Part shown: piece after piece, positions 13,756 to 27,905 of the stretch | How positions within the stretch are numbered: position 1 is the stretch's first letter | Layout of the letters: each line of letters begins with the position of its first letter | Assembly: GCA_012295275.1 (NCBI GenBank) | Contig: CM022667.1 | Location: 6,510,001-6,574,000 of the forward strand | DNA: 64,000 nt | Reading direction: 5' to 3' | DNA from: Chrysomallon squamiferum | Taxonomy: Eukaryota; Animalia; Mollusca | Notes under the pieces: generated by a model | The model's database searches: none | What the model was told of the DNA's origin: nothing | Seen by the model: only the letters and a program-made list of their open reading frames with translations | Program-made: the position numbers and the translations under genes

Positions 13756-16700
13756 CTTGTTGATTTTTGGTTCTGTAAAATTCGGAACATGGTGGGCAAC
13801 AGCAGAAAGATATTTCATGGCCTGTTCTAGAAGAAAATAGACATTATCCACTACACTCAACTCAGATACAATTTGTTTTGAAACGTTAGCTATATTTATT
13901 ATGCAGTGATACTCAATCTGGTTTTGGTTGCAGACTCAACTTAGTTTCACTTCCAAAGGATTTAGAATATATAATAATAAAAATAAAATACATTTAAAAG
14001 AAGTTGTGATACATATTGAAGAATATGAAGCTGGGTGCAATACTAAAATTATATTGTATTATTCCTAATTGCCAGTTTATGTCGATCCATTCGCACAAAC
14101 AGAACCTATTGGAAAATGGCGTTTGAGTGCATGGTCCTGTGTGCTTTCCTGCTGCATGTTGATTTTTCCTTAGGTTGGTTGACTTTATATATATCATGTT
14201 CAGAGTATGAATCGTAGAATTATGTTATTAATAGTCTTATTAGCATTCTGAGGCTCTTTTAGTTTTGTGTTTCAGTTATAGACTTAAGTCATCACAAATG
14301 ATAGACTGAAAAGAAATTATCAGTGAAACGTCATATACAGAAAAACTAAAATAATCTAATATCCATTATAGCTGGCAGTTACTGCCATTGGAAACGATGG
14401 CTCCATTACAAATTCTACTTGAACAAAACTGTATTCATTAAATAATTAATTAGAATTCTGGACAATATCCCATTCAGAAATATTTTTATTTGCACTTCAG
14501 ATGAATGTTTTTAAATTAAAATTTGGTTCTATTGAGTCATGAGCTTGTGGGTTTTTAGTCAAAATGTGTCTGTATCTACCTGTTAATTTTTGCCCAGATT
14601 TCAAGGTTTTGAAACAAAATTCTCAAATGTTGATAGCAGTGTCTCCCACATTTACATTTAAAGACTACTGCTTATTTTTACTGTATCTATACAGAACAAC
14701 AAAACTGTAAACAAAACCAGCCAAGAAATTTTACTAATTTGGTCAATATATATGATTTGGTTATATAAAATATGCAGTTGATCCCATGTTTCTTGAAAAG
14801 GTATCAAACTCATACATAATTTGTGATCATTCAAATCATTTACAGTGCAGTTGTCACACTGTTGTAAGGTGCTGGCCAATTTCCATGAAGTAATATTACC
14901 TACAGGTGATAGTGCTGATTGCTAGCATATTTGCCTCATTTTGGAGTTTTTGTTTATATTCTTAGTATTGTTGTAGGTGTGTCTTGTTTTTCTGCCAACT
15001 ATGCTGTGCATTTTCATCAGGGTTCATGCTCTTTCAGTTTCTCTTGTTATTTTTCTGTTTTGGGAGGGTGTCTATCTGTCTGTCTCTTCTCATCTAGAAC
15101 AGCTCTTTTTGAGGTCTCCATAACATGTCCAGGTGGCAGAGGTGATGCAGAATATGATTTCAAAACCATAAGTCGCTGTCTAATTTATCATTCAAAAAAG
15201 ATTATTTAGTATAAATGATAATATAGCAACACAACTAAAAGAATATTGAAATCTGATTATCACCTCAGTTAGAAAAACAAAAACAAAACCAAACAGACAT
15301 TTTAAATGTATGTTGACTAGTTTCTAAAAAGATATTATCTACAGTGTTGCATGAAGTGATCACAGATATAACGTTCATACTTTGAGATCAATCAAATTTA
15401 AACATGAATCTGGTGTAATGCTTAGACTGTCTAATGTCTTCAAATATGGATCTATAATGAATATGAAATTCAGACCATAATTTGGAATACAGTGAATGTC
15501 TTACACCATTTTGAATAGTCATAAACAAATTCAAAAATGTGTATTTCACAAACAAAAACTATTTGAATAGCTTTATAAATATTCTGCTGCATATAAATAA
15601 TAAAAATATGACAACATTTAATTCATAGAACAGGTTTAAAATGGATGAGCTCTTCAGCAGTTTCATTTAAAATGGGTATTTCAGTTTTAGTTCAACATTT
15701 TATTAATTATCATTGACAATACAGAAACATAGGAACCATTGAGACAGAAAGAGAGAGAGGTAAAAGGGATGAAACAATTACAGTTTCAACATATTTTTGA
15801 ACAATGCTAATAATTCTGTGTGAGTGGGACAGGTTAATAACCAGGGCACAAATATCCACACATATATGTACGTCACTTGTGAGTTCATTGAGCTTATTTT
15901 AACCTAGTGTCGCGTTAATTTTGTACTCTTACACATGTGAAGACACACTGCAGAGATGTAATAAGTAGAGACTGGTTCCTTCAGTTGCTAATGTCATCAG
16001 GATTAAGTTGCACATAAATCTTGAATTGTGGAAGAAAAAACAAACAATATGTAAGGACTATTATTGTACTGTAATTCATTATTCATTCAGTTTTTGTCCA
16101 TGTTTTCTTTATGTACTTTCATTGTGAGTGGTTGGAACCCCATTCTTAGGAGGAAAGGGTTCACAACAAGACATTTTTATTATTATAATTAGCCTTTACT
16201 ACCACTAAGCTTGTAACTTGATGTTGACAAAAATGGCAACTTGTTAAAACGTAAAAGATGTATCCCCTAAAAATTCACATTTCAGCTCATACAGAGCTTT
16301 TTGTTCTAATTAATTTGGTATAAAAGGTGCCCTTATAGTATAATTAGAAGTGAAGTTACTTTTTTTTAAAGATTTAATTTTTGTATTTTGCTGTTGTGAC
16401 CTCTGCACCTTGTGAATCTTGTGAATCTTGTGTTTTCCAAGCCTGAGATTACTGCAGCTTGTAGCTATGTATGGCCAATGACTAATCAAAACTCTATTTG
16501 TTGGAATCACTCAGTCATTCATCGCAGACACATCAATATGACAGCTAGAGGGTTTTATTGCTGTGAAGATTTTCCAAATTCTGATGCACCAAGCCATGTT
16601 TGGAGGTGCATCCATGTTGTAATATAGTTTGAAGTTTGCACACAGCCACACACAGCCATGTACTTTCATTTATATAATTTGTTGTTGTATCTTGAGAATA

Positions 16701-19700
16701 AATGTAATATTATTATTGATAAATTAAATAAATTATAACAATTTTGTCATTGTAGGTTTTTCACTCAGTTTGGATGAGACTTCAATAAATGCTACAACAT
16801 GTTCACTCATATGTACAGTGGCAGATGCTGCAAATCTCAGCAACTACGTAAACTTTAAAAGACAGACCTCTATATCAGTCTTTTCTTCAATAGAACAAAC
16901 TACGAATGGATGTTCTGTATTCACCAAACCACCAGCAGGCTATGATTCAGAGTGTGGAAGTGGAACACAGGACAGTGCTTCTCAGATTAAGAAATACACA
17001 CTGACAATCTACAAACCTGCAGATGATGATTTTACAGTTTGGTGGTGTTACCTGGAAGGACTTGGAATATATAGCAACAATTACACTTTGACATGTTCAA
17101 GTAAGTTGAGAATGTTTTTAATTTATATATTGAAAGAATTTTTTTTGGTGGTGTGAAGAAGTTTATTTTTTTTAAATATATTTCCAATGTACCATTTTAT
17201 TTGTTTATACTGACCAGTGTCAACAGAAAGAAGATAGTATCTAAGTATCACTAGTGTCATCAAATCATTAGTTATTAGATGTGTGTGTAATACATCTGAT
17301 TAGACCATAATGTACTCATGATATCCAAAATAACGTCATTTTCTGAATTTGTATTAAAATTAAGTTACTCAATAACTGTAGAATGACTGAATATGTTTAC
17401 AGTGAAACATGTTAAATACTGAAAGTGATTGTATACACAATGAAAGAAAACACACTTTAAAACCACAAAAGTCTGAGAACACAGTTTCCTAGATCTGCAT
17501 GTTGACACTGTTATTAATAAAATCTTAATTTCCATTCCATTTCTTTGTTAAGGTATTTGTAAAAAGAAAAGTGGTTCATGCCTCATAATTACTTTTTCCT
17601 ACTTCTTTTCTTCTTTAAACTGCACCATTGAAGCAAGAATGAGATTTTTTTTAGAGGGGGTCACTACACAATTAGATTGACTCGTAATTCTATCTGTCTA
17701 CCTGCACCATAATAATACTGAGACAATGCTCTGTGCTGGGGAGTTCTATAATACAAACACAAATTCCTTGTTGACTGTACTTTGTAAACATGCATGAATG
17801 TTCACATCCTTCCTGATTTGACAAGATGACAAACCTATGGTTACTGTTGCTAGCTATGAAAGGTTGTGAAGATAAATTAATAACTGATAAGTATATGTAT
17901 ATACTGATCTGTTCATAACATCAAAGGTACTCTTTAAATTATTATATAGATAGATGTTCAGAATAAAAAAACAAAAACATTTAAAAAATATCATAAAACT
18001 TAAAAGGATATTGCTGAGTAAAAAGTAGTAAAGTGTTCAGAGCTTTGGTTTTTCACAAGAGTTATTAATTTTTCTCAGTGATCCTAGCTGGACAGGGAAT
18101 GTGTATAAATGTTGTTTTGCTATCAACTGATTTACAAAAATAATATGATTATTCATGTTTAGGTGTTTCTGATTATAGCAGAAAAAAGTAATTACACATT
18201 TCTGATAAGTAATCTCTATTGTATAAAATATAATTTGTATCCATAGGTAATAGAATAATTTTTTTTTTTTTTTTTTTCATATATTTTGTACTGAATAACA
18301 AATTTCAAACATTTTTTTTAGCTAAAAGTGTTAATTTTATATTGTTTGTAATTTAACTATTTAGATTTTGTTTTGTTCTTTATGTGGAATGTTCTCAATC
18401 CATTTATTTAGAAAGAAACTTAACAGGAAATGATTTCTAGAACCCATAAGAAAGTTCTAATTTATATATTTGTTACAAACAAGTAAAAAGTTTTTTTTGT
18501 AACTTTTCTTCTTTCATTTGTTTGTTATACATGCATTCTATTTTGATTTCTTTTATCCTAAATATTTTTTGAGATGTTTGGTGATATTTGTGATTGACAA
18601 TGTGCACCTTTTAAATGATAAATAAATAATACTTAATATTCTATTGTAATATTTATTTCAACATTTGTATAAGTAAAAATATTTAAATATTTTTTATTTG
18701 TATTTTACTTCTTTTTCTACCATCCATGGAGTAAAGAGTGGGTTTAGAAGCATTGCTTTCATGTAAATGTTGGGTTTTACTTATTTATTTATTTATGTTT
18801 CAGAGCTGAAGTGAGTGAGAACATTATGAAAGCCGCATATTTGTAATCTAATAATAATCACCATTTTTTTTTTTTTTTTTTCAATAATAATTATGAGGCT
18901 AAAGACTAGAATTCATGCTAATGATGTTACTTTTTAATTTACTTAATTTTGTTTTCCTTAAAAAATATCTAGGTCCACTTCCAACATCAAAACCTGTTAT
19001 GTTATTTTTGTATTAATATCAGATCATTTCATAACATTGGGTTCTAGAGATCATTTCCTGTTAAGTTTCTTTCTAAATTAATTTAAATTATTTTCATTTG
19101 TTCTTAAAACAACTGTATTTTTAATGGTTGGATCAAAGAGTTATTTTGTAATTATTTATTCAACATTTGTCACACATTTTGATGTTTTATATACTCTAAC
19201 AAAAAAGAAATGCAAAAGTAGATTTTATTGACATTGGGAATATCTATCTAATGGATCAACAGAAAGCAGCAGAATGTTCACATTTTACACACACTTTCGC
19301 AGTTCATTAATATTGATGGTATTACATTGAAAAGGTTAAAGTTCAAGGATATAACAGTATAATATCAATACCTTGTGTGCCAACCATGGGAGTCCAGAAC
19401 TGCCTGACCTCTCCTTCCCATGGCAGTAATCACATTAGGAATTACACCTTGTGGAATGGAGGCCCACTCTGTCTGTAGTAATAATACCAACAGGGCACGA
19501 TTCTGTGGCTGTGGTTGATGCTGCCTCAGTTGTCTATCCAACTCGTCCCATAAATGCTGTATAGGGTTCAAATCCAGAGATTTAGAGGGCCAGGGCAGGA
19601 CCTGAATGTTATTGTTGTGTAGGTACGTTGTTGTGAGTCTGGCTGTATGTGGTCTCGCATTGTCGTGCTGGAATACAGCGTTACCATTATTCATAATTGG

Positions 19701-20887
19701 AGCAACATGCAGCTGCAAAATTTCATCTTGGTATTTCTGTGCCGTTAAATTGCCTTGGATGTGAACCAGGTTGGTCCTGCCAGTGTATGAGATTGCTGCC
19801 CACACCATCACACTACCACCACCAAATCTGTCAACTTCCTGTATGCAGTTTGCAGCAAAACGTTCACCACGACGTCTGTAAACTCGACATCTTCCATCAG
19901 CTCGATGAAGTAGAAATCGAGCTTCGTCACTAAACCAGACAGTTCTCCATCGTAATTGAGGCTAGACTCTGTGCACTTCACACAGAGTTGAGTCAAAACC
20001 ACTTTTCTTACAGGCCATCTGGCTTGAATACATGCCTCTCGTAAACAATTGCACACTGTCTGAGCTGATATTCTACCAGACCTGATATTGCTGAAGCAGT
20101 AGAGGTTAGCGTGGTGGTTCTTTCCTGTAGATGAAGTACCTGTATGTAGCGGTCGTGGGCCCTGGTGGTTACACGTCATCTACCTGATCTGGGACGGTCA
20201 CGTGTTGTTTGGTGTTGCTGTAACCAATACCACTTGGGGATACATGGAACACCCGGGCTACGGCCGAGAAGGATTCGCCAGCTGGTAAACAGCCGATGGT
20301 GTTGTTTTGTTGCGGTTCACTCAGTCGTGGCATTTGTTTGATGTTGAGTCAGAACAAAAATAATGAACAGAAGTATTCGAAAACCTTGCATTTTTATAAC
20401 CCTCGTATTCAAGTTTCATGTGCCGCAGGTGCACATGCACTGGTAACGTGGTTTGCATGCGGGGACGTTTTGGCTAATAAACAGGATCATAGCCTTTATT
20501 TTGTGTTACCTGCTTTTTAGCACCTGTAACAAAAGCTATACGTATGAATCACCAAATGTCATTATATTAATAGTTTGTACATCAATAAGTGACAGTTTAC
20601 AATAGTTATCTAAGAAATCAACCATTTTGTGTTTCTTTTTTGGGAGAGTATATATTTCACATGTAAATCATCAGTAAAAACATTTAACAACAAATACAGT
20701 AAGACTTACTGACATGCTGTCTGTGTGTGAGTATGTGTGTCACATTACTGTTATGGATGTACTGTAAATAATTGTGTTTTTGGTTACAAATAAATTTTAT
20801 AGTACAGTAAATTGTACATGAAATGTTCTCTATGAAATCAGTGCATCTATGTTTTCCTGTTTTCTGTTGTCCTCAGGGGCACTTTTG

Positions 20888-20944
<57 letters not shown>

Positions 20945-23900
20945 GGTAGCAGAAACAAAAGTAATTTAAAAATAAAACGTCTTTCCTATCCCATACTTTC
21001 ATCCCTTCTTTTCTTCCTTTATATCATGAACAGCTTATTCAGCACCCTAAAGTACTAAATTCAAACTACGCTTTCAAAAATTCACTGAATAACAAAGTCA
21101 GATTTCATCAAATCTCAGATTTATAAATTAAATTTTTAGCTATATTTTATACAAACAAAATAAATTTGAGTGAAAGCACAACTGAATATGTAAGTTCCTG
21201 TCAAAATGTGATGTTCCAAGGTTGCATGAAAGTTAGACATAGCAAGCAGATGTTACTCTGTACCAACAGTACCATCACAAGAATTATTAGTTCGTGATTT
21301 TGGTTTAATAAACATTATTGTAATTTGTGAAAACTACTCTAACATTTAAATTAATCTATACCAAGAATAACATTAACAATAAATACATACTTGTGATTAA
21401 GATATGGTTACTAATAAACATCAGTATTATAATTATTGGATGGAACTGCACAGGTTTTTTTGCAGTTATAAATAGTGCATGTTTCATTCTTAAACTGTGA
21501 CTATAGGAGTTGAAAACCACAGTTCATTTACCAATGAAGGATTTGTGCCACAGAGTCAAAAACTGATATACACATATAGCAAATAGTTAACAGATAATCA
21601 TATTAAAAAATCATTATGCTGGGTAATATATTGCCCACATGGTCAAATTACCCTGTGGATGCATGTATATTTTTCACGTTTTGTAATTTTTTCTCAACTG
21701 AGGGCCTCAACTACATATTAAAGTTGTACTGGATTCAGGTAATCATTCACATAAAAAAAGATCCATAGGTACAAAACACCCAACAGTTTGTATCTATTAG
21801 AAACAGTCATAAAGTAATATACCTCTAATATATAAAAAAATATAAGTATTGAATGATAAAAAACTTACATATGTAACACGGAAGATTTCTGCTGAATAAT
21901 TATGTAATGGATAAAGGTATTAGCATTACAAAATAGCCCAAACCCTTCTTGACATAGAACCAAGTGCCAAAAATGAGACAATACCTAATAGGAATTTTGT
22001 CCCAAAGTTTTGCATGTTTCTGTCATATATATGGATGCACAAATGAGTGAAATTTTATGAAAATCAGAGATGGTCACCTGGGACATTTTCTGGAATTTGG
22101 TTGTTTAGGCATGGAATGACCCTGTTTTTATTATACTTTGATTATGCATGTAGAAAATAAAGATTATATTTATATATGTGTCATTTATGTCTAACCTTTA
22201 TTAAACAGTTTCTTTTGTACCGTAATTCAAAGAAAATGATTATTTCATTTAAATTTTCTTTTTTCAATGTCACAGGTCCAACTTCAACACCACAAACAGG
22301 TATGATGTTTGTACATGTAGAAGTAATCACTGTCATAATATGTTAATACGTAAACTTTATTTTCTATTTCTCAGTGCAAATATATTAATTTAACACATTT
22401 TAAAACACTTTTATGATTAATACTACAAAGGTGTTATACTGAGTCATTTTCATAAATTTATAAACAAATTTCAAATAAGTAAAATAGAAATATTATTTTA
22501 TTGTGCAAACCAACAGTACATTAGAAAAGAAAACTAATGCAATATAATGGACACAAAATCTGATTTTATAACCAGTTAATTGTTTCAGTTTTAGTTTTTA
22601 AATATGTTAGCATTATCATAATGATTATGACAATGGTTAGATTCTACATTACTGAGATGGTGTTTTGTGCATTTAATCTGCTTCATTCCATTTATTATTC
22701 ATCTTCCTTGCAGTTGGTTGTTTTGTCAAGATATTTCTGATATTGGTGATGGATGTAAAGATATTAATTGTTCTATGCTAACTTCACCATAACACAACAA
22801 TTATATTATTTTGTTACTGTGTTGATATATTTTAACAAAATGATAATAATAATAATAAATTATATATAAAAAAAATATATAAAAATTAAAAATTACAAAT
22901 TAAAAATGAAACATTAACATTCCAGTCACTTGTAATCAATTTATTATTTTCACAGGTAACAACAGCTAAGGGATATATTAAATGATATTTTTATAAAATT
23001 ATTATTATTACAAACTGAAGTCTAAAAATTACAATTAGAAATAAATAAACAATATTTTAAAATACTAACATTGCCATGATTATGATACATTGGAAAGCCT
23101 AACTGTAAACTTAATAATGTTTCAAATTCCAGTCAAGGTTTACATCAAGTTTGTCTAAATATGATTAATAATGTAAACAATTGTTTCATGATGTAATAAC
23201 TGAAGTGTAAATTCTCTCAGTGGAAACATGTACTTGACTGATGATTCGCTAGTAAAATGTTCCTAATAAAACGTTTTTGATAGCACAGCTGCAGTCTCCA
23301 GCCTTTTAAAACATCAGTTACTAACATCCCTTTTGTCATCTCCATGTATTCTAATGATAATGTTTTCATCTGAAATAAACATAAGTTTTATTTCTGGACA
23401 ATGCCTTCAAATTTGTTTATTGTTATGGATTATTAGATCAAAGTAATAAGGACCATAACTTTTTGTAACTTTATGAACACTCCAACAGTAATAGTTACAC
23501 TATGAAGATATAAAACTGCTAGTACAATATACATGAATACCAGTGTCATAAATGGAAGCAGCATACAGTTATGTAATAGAGAAAATTCTGGATGTATTGT
23601 AAGAATTTTGCAAACATATTTCAGACTTGTGTATTTTTATTATTAATAATATATGTCATCCAAATGTGCAGAGTACTTTTTTCTATTAATGTTTGCAAAG
23701 AAACTGAAGATCTTTCAGATATATTACTACTGTATTTAAAGTACTTTAATATAATGTATTCAATATTCAATATTGTTACAACAGTGATAAAAACTTATTC
23801 ATAGAAAGCTATTTTTCTATCACAATATTTTATTTATTACAGCTACTGGTGGTGAACCATATGTCTTGGGTATAGGAGTGTCTGTTGCACTTGCAGTTCT

Positions 23901-25943
23901 CATCTTTGTTGGAGTTATCATCCTCATTCTAGTGCTCATAGATGCATGTGGTGACAAGTTTTAGCTTTTCTGTTTGTTTTGTCTTTGAGATTTGTTTTGA
24001 AACACATTTTGTACACAGCATAACTCACACTGCTTTATTTTAATGGCTTTCTGGTTGTGATTTATTAATAAGCCACATTAAAAGTCACCCAGTGCTGATG
24101 CTAAACAAATCATGCAGCTGTTTGTACTGAGGTGTGCTACTTGACTGAAGTAGTGTGTATCTGTGTGTAGTTCTTTATTTTTATCATATTTGTGTCATAC
24201 TTCATCCAGTTTACAAGCACCTTTTTATTTCCATAGTGATTGATATGACAGACTATTTAGATGAGTATTCCCAATTCATGAAATTATTCCTTCCATGAAA
24301 TAATTACAAAACTGTGTCTTTTTATTTATCTGCAGTTCCATACCTTATTTACAAAAGAATGAGTCCATGAAAGTAAAACATGATACTTAAGCATCTGAGA
24401 TCTGTTTATGTTGTCTGTAGTTCAACATATTTCTACCTTTTAATCAGACATTTTTACATGTCAGTTCTTACTTCATAATTATTTTATTTTATAATACTTG
24501 ATATGTTCACAGAGTTTCTAAAATCTTTCCACTGATGATTCTTCTATTCAGTGTTTGTTGGTTTGTTCTTTTGTTCTTTTTTTCTTATTTTTAGAAAAAA
24601 CCCCAGAAGACACTGGCAATAGTTCTCATAGTGGTTGGAGCTTGTGTTACCTTAACTGCAGTTGTTACAGCTATTCTCTTGGCTGTTAAGACAAATGGTA
24701 AGTTAACATTTATAGATCATCACTTTCAGTTGACTCTTACCATAAATAAAACTTTTCTGGGTTTTTTTTTTTGTATTTGATCACTATTAATTATATTTAA
24801 GAACTACTTGGGTATATCTGGATGAGGAATGCATTAATTTATTGTATTATTCTCATCATTCTAACAACATTCACATAGCAAACATTACAACACTTGTGTT
24901 GTCTTTCAGTTGACAGAACTGAAGGGTCATGGATCGCAGCAGTTGTATTCTGTGCTCTTGGTTTTCTCTTTGGAGCTGTCTTCTGTGCAGTTGGTTTTAT
25001 CAAGAAGTCCAGTAAGTTGTTTTAAAAATATTAATATTTTTATACTAGTTATAAATTAAAACAGTGGATGTTAGATTGACAGGTTTTTTTCTCTTAATAA
25101 TTTACAAATTATTTAATTATTTCTCTGTACCTACATAGATTTACTAGTTTAATAACAACAAGAAGACAAGAAGAAAAAGAGGAAAGACAAGAACAAATAA
25201 TAGCAGACAGACATGTTGGTCTCAGATACTGAGGACAATTTAAAATGTGACTTTAACATGTGCTTTCCCATATTTAAATTAACTTTAATTATTTCTAAAA
25301 CTTTTGAATAGGTTTTAATTGAAAATTATTTAAATGTAAAGGATCTCTTTCCTTGGCAGAATGGGTTTCAGTATTTGATAAACAGTTTTTTAACTATGGT
25401 GCAAGTAGACAATAGACAAATATAGGTAAAAGAACCTGTGATATAGTTCCCTGGAGATTATAACTGTGTATTGTGACTGATAAAGCTTTCATCAAGACAA
25501 ACTTATGATCACCATGTGGGAAATTTTATTTGTAATCCAAAAGGTTAAAAGTAGAACATAAAATCATAAGAAAGTGGGAAAATAATACTTGTTTTATTTT
25601 ATTTTGTATTTTTATTATTTTATTTATTGTTTTTATAATATAATGTAATAGAGTGTAATGTAACATAACTAGTTATGACCTTGGGTTAAAGATGGAAAGA
25701 TATAATGATGATAAAGATAACTTTTCATTGTCTTGCACATCTTTATTTGTCTAAGCACTGCATTCTTACAAGATTTATTTCTGCTGTTAAAGTTATCTGT
25801 CTGTTTTATTTTTTCAAACAGGTAAGAACAATTCAAAGCCTGTTGGTGGAACTTCTCATGAAGTAAGAAAGAAAACTGGAAAACATCTTAACAAACAAAA
25901 GCTTTCGTCAAAAACATCTCATAGGAAAACTTTAAGACAATGA
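6359..25943 (+). CDS. Ig-domain three-transmembrane protein, family member B (subtype 2)
   Basis: Exons: 6359-6407 signal (MDFRRLLLLLHFDICLG); 16756-17100 V-type Ig, 345 nt, phase 1-1 (LIC...YTLTIYKPADDDFTVWWC); 22276-22299 micro-exon (PTSTPQT); 23843-~23950 TM1 (YVLGIGVSVALAVLIFVGVIILILVLI); 24595-24697 TM2 (TLAIVLIVVGACVTLTAVVTAILLAV); 24910-25011 TM3 (WIAAVVFCALGFLFGAVFCAVGFI); 25822-25943 Lys/Arg-rich tail to TGA. The TM1-TM2 junction phase is unresolved. Confidence 0.72.
7567..8340. repeat. Tandem duplication of a ~400-bp unit (~7567-7968 and ~7970-8340) in gene B intron 1
   Basis: Collinear shared blocks gacagttctg, caaactgatca, gattgccttgataca, ttgaatcagtttta, aaaacaaaaagcattcaactt and atgcaaacaatga. 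Confidence 0.85.
10711..11340 (-). mobile_element. Degenerate, internally deleted FLYWCH/MULE (Mutator-like) transposase relic
   Basis: ORF 11134-11340 has a FLYWCH-like LDGYTY...TYRRCTKRPCVG. Downstream minus-strand frames read TWVDDDARFPLCMWNHFTNDASRMNNNLQGFH, resembling the W-N...RTNNxxEGxH C-terminus of MULE transposases. Frameshifts and stops are present. Confidence 0.65.
12640..12960 (-). mobile_element. hAT transposase C-terminal (dimerisation region) relic
   Basis: MRTQLNNTLNHLMRISKDGPDIICFDVSKALKKWK resembles the RxxL...LxxLMxIxxEGP...FD...AxxxW tail of ZNF862-like hAT transposases. Confidence 0.55.
19192..20650 (-). mobile_element. Full-length Tc1/mariner DNA transposon with defective transposase, in a gene B intron
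   Basis: Imperfect TIRs tactctaacaaaaaagaaatgcaaaa / ttttgtgtttctttttgggagagta flanked by TA duplications (19190-19191, 20651-20652). Transposase 19365-20333 begins MPRLSEPQQ and contains VMVWAAIS, FQHDNARPH and WPSKSLDLNPIQHLW (catalytic E replaced by Q). It is frameshifted. Confidence 0.92.
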
Positions 25944-27396
25944 TTTTTTATATGTATTACACAATTAAACACACAAACACAAACTAAAGATGGAACTACA
26001 CAGTGTAATGAAAGAAAATAAGTTACAGATTTGTCTAGACACTGACAGGAGTGTGGTGTGGACAACCACTCAACATAATTAATGTGAAACTACTGCTACA
26101 TTGATTTCTCATGTGTGTCACAATTCAATGGGACAACACACACTACACAACAACAGGAGTATTGTGAGGACAACCACTCTACATCTGAGATAAGATTATA
26201 TTAAATTGTTATAAACAGAATATTTGTGTTGTGTAGATTCATCTTTCGGACATTAACATCTAACATTTGAATAAATGAACACATTTATAGTACAAGTCAT
26301 AGCCATTAATGTATAATAAAGAACATTTTACACATACATTAAATTGAATCCATTATTCTAACAGCAGGATACAAAATTAGATTTCTGTTTTATACTCTTA
26401 TGTACATTGTAAATACTTGAGTATTTGTTGTAATACCTTTGATGTCACATCAGAAAGAAAATAGAAATCTGGATAAAATACAAATATGTTAGAAAATTAA
26501 TTGTGGCTTGATTGTTCCCACATAACATACACACACTGTTGTACACTGATGATATATATAAATTGTATTTGTGTGGAATGTGAAGAAACTGAGCCAGAAT
26601 ATGAGGACAAAGTCATTAAAAATAAAAAGTGCTTAAAATGATTAAAAAAACTAGTTGAGATATCTAAAACTTGTTTTCAACTAATACTGAAGCAAAAGTT
26701 CACTTGACTTTAGTGAGGGTGTGAAATCAGACAGACACTGTTGGTGATGTAAGTTACAAGACGACGTTTTAATCCAGTAATACAATGAATAAACTGATTT
26801 AATGAGATGTATATTGATGTAACTGTCGTGTTGTGGTATCTCAGTTCAATGTAATTGAGAGATTAAAAAACAAAAATATGATGAAGAATATGACAATAAA
26901 GTTGTGGACACCGTAACTTACGATATATGTAGAGTTCAACTTTTTTTTGAGAAAGCAATAATATCAAATGGCTTTTTCTTTTCCCATGTCAGTTGTAGTT
27001 TCTGAATCAGAAATAGATGCAAAGAAAAACTAGAAGTATGCTTTTCAAATAACAAAGTTTATCAGTATAATATGTCATAAGTTACAAGACACCAAAAAGT
27101 CATCATCCATAAAAATGAACAATATTATCCAGAAATATAACAACAAAATGTGAAACAGTCTTCGGTTGTATTTCGGTTTCACTTCTTTAATTAATCATAT
27201 AAAAAAAATATTGTCTGCGGGCATGATTGTTGGTGGCTTCAGTGCCTGAACATCTTTCAGTGAAACCCAGGACACGTCGTCAAGTTCAGGAAAGCTGTAA
27301 TAGTTGCCCCAGAGAGAGAAATACATACATACACAAACAGAACTCAACTAGTTTCTTCTATTTTAAATATTTTGGTGTATTTTTCATGGAACTTAC

Positions 27397-27828
27397 TTAA
27401 AATTGTTTTGTTGCAAGTAGTATCACCAACACCAGGAGGAATGCCATCATTTCAGCTCCATGCTCCTTCGTCAACAGTTTTGTTAAAAGACTTTATAGTA
27501 AGTGTGATTTGTGTAGATGATTCTTATACAAAACTGTATCCAGGTCTATTCCCATCAAGAGTACACTGAGTTGTAGCTCCATTACAGGACAACACTTCTT
27601 GAGGTTCTCCAGAATTTGGACGAAAATATATTATTCCAATTGTTACAGATCCAGACACTTTGCATCCAAGCAATCTATGTATGTTTTTGCTTTACCTGCA
27701 AAATATTTCCTGAGATTACTTAGTATATTTGAAAGATATAATATGTCCTAAGTCCATTAAAACCTTGTTGAACCTGATTTAAATTAAATATGAACATCAT
27801 TATTATTAGTAGTAGTACTAGTAGTAAT

Positions 27829-27905
<77 letters not shown>

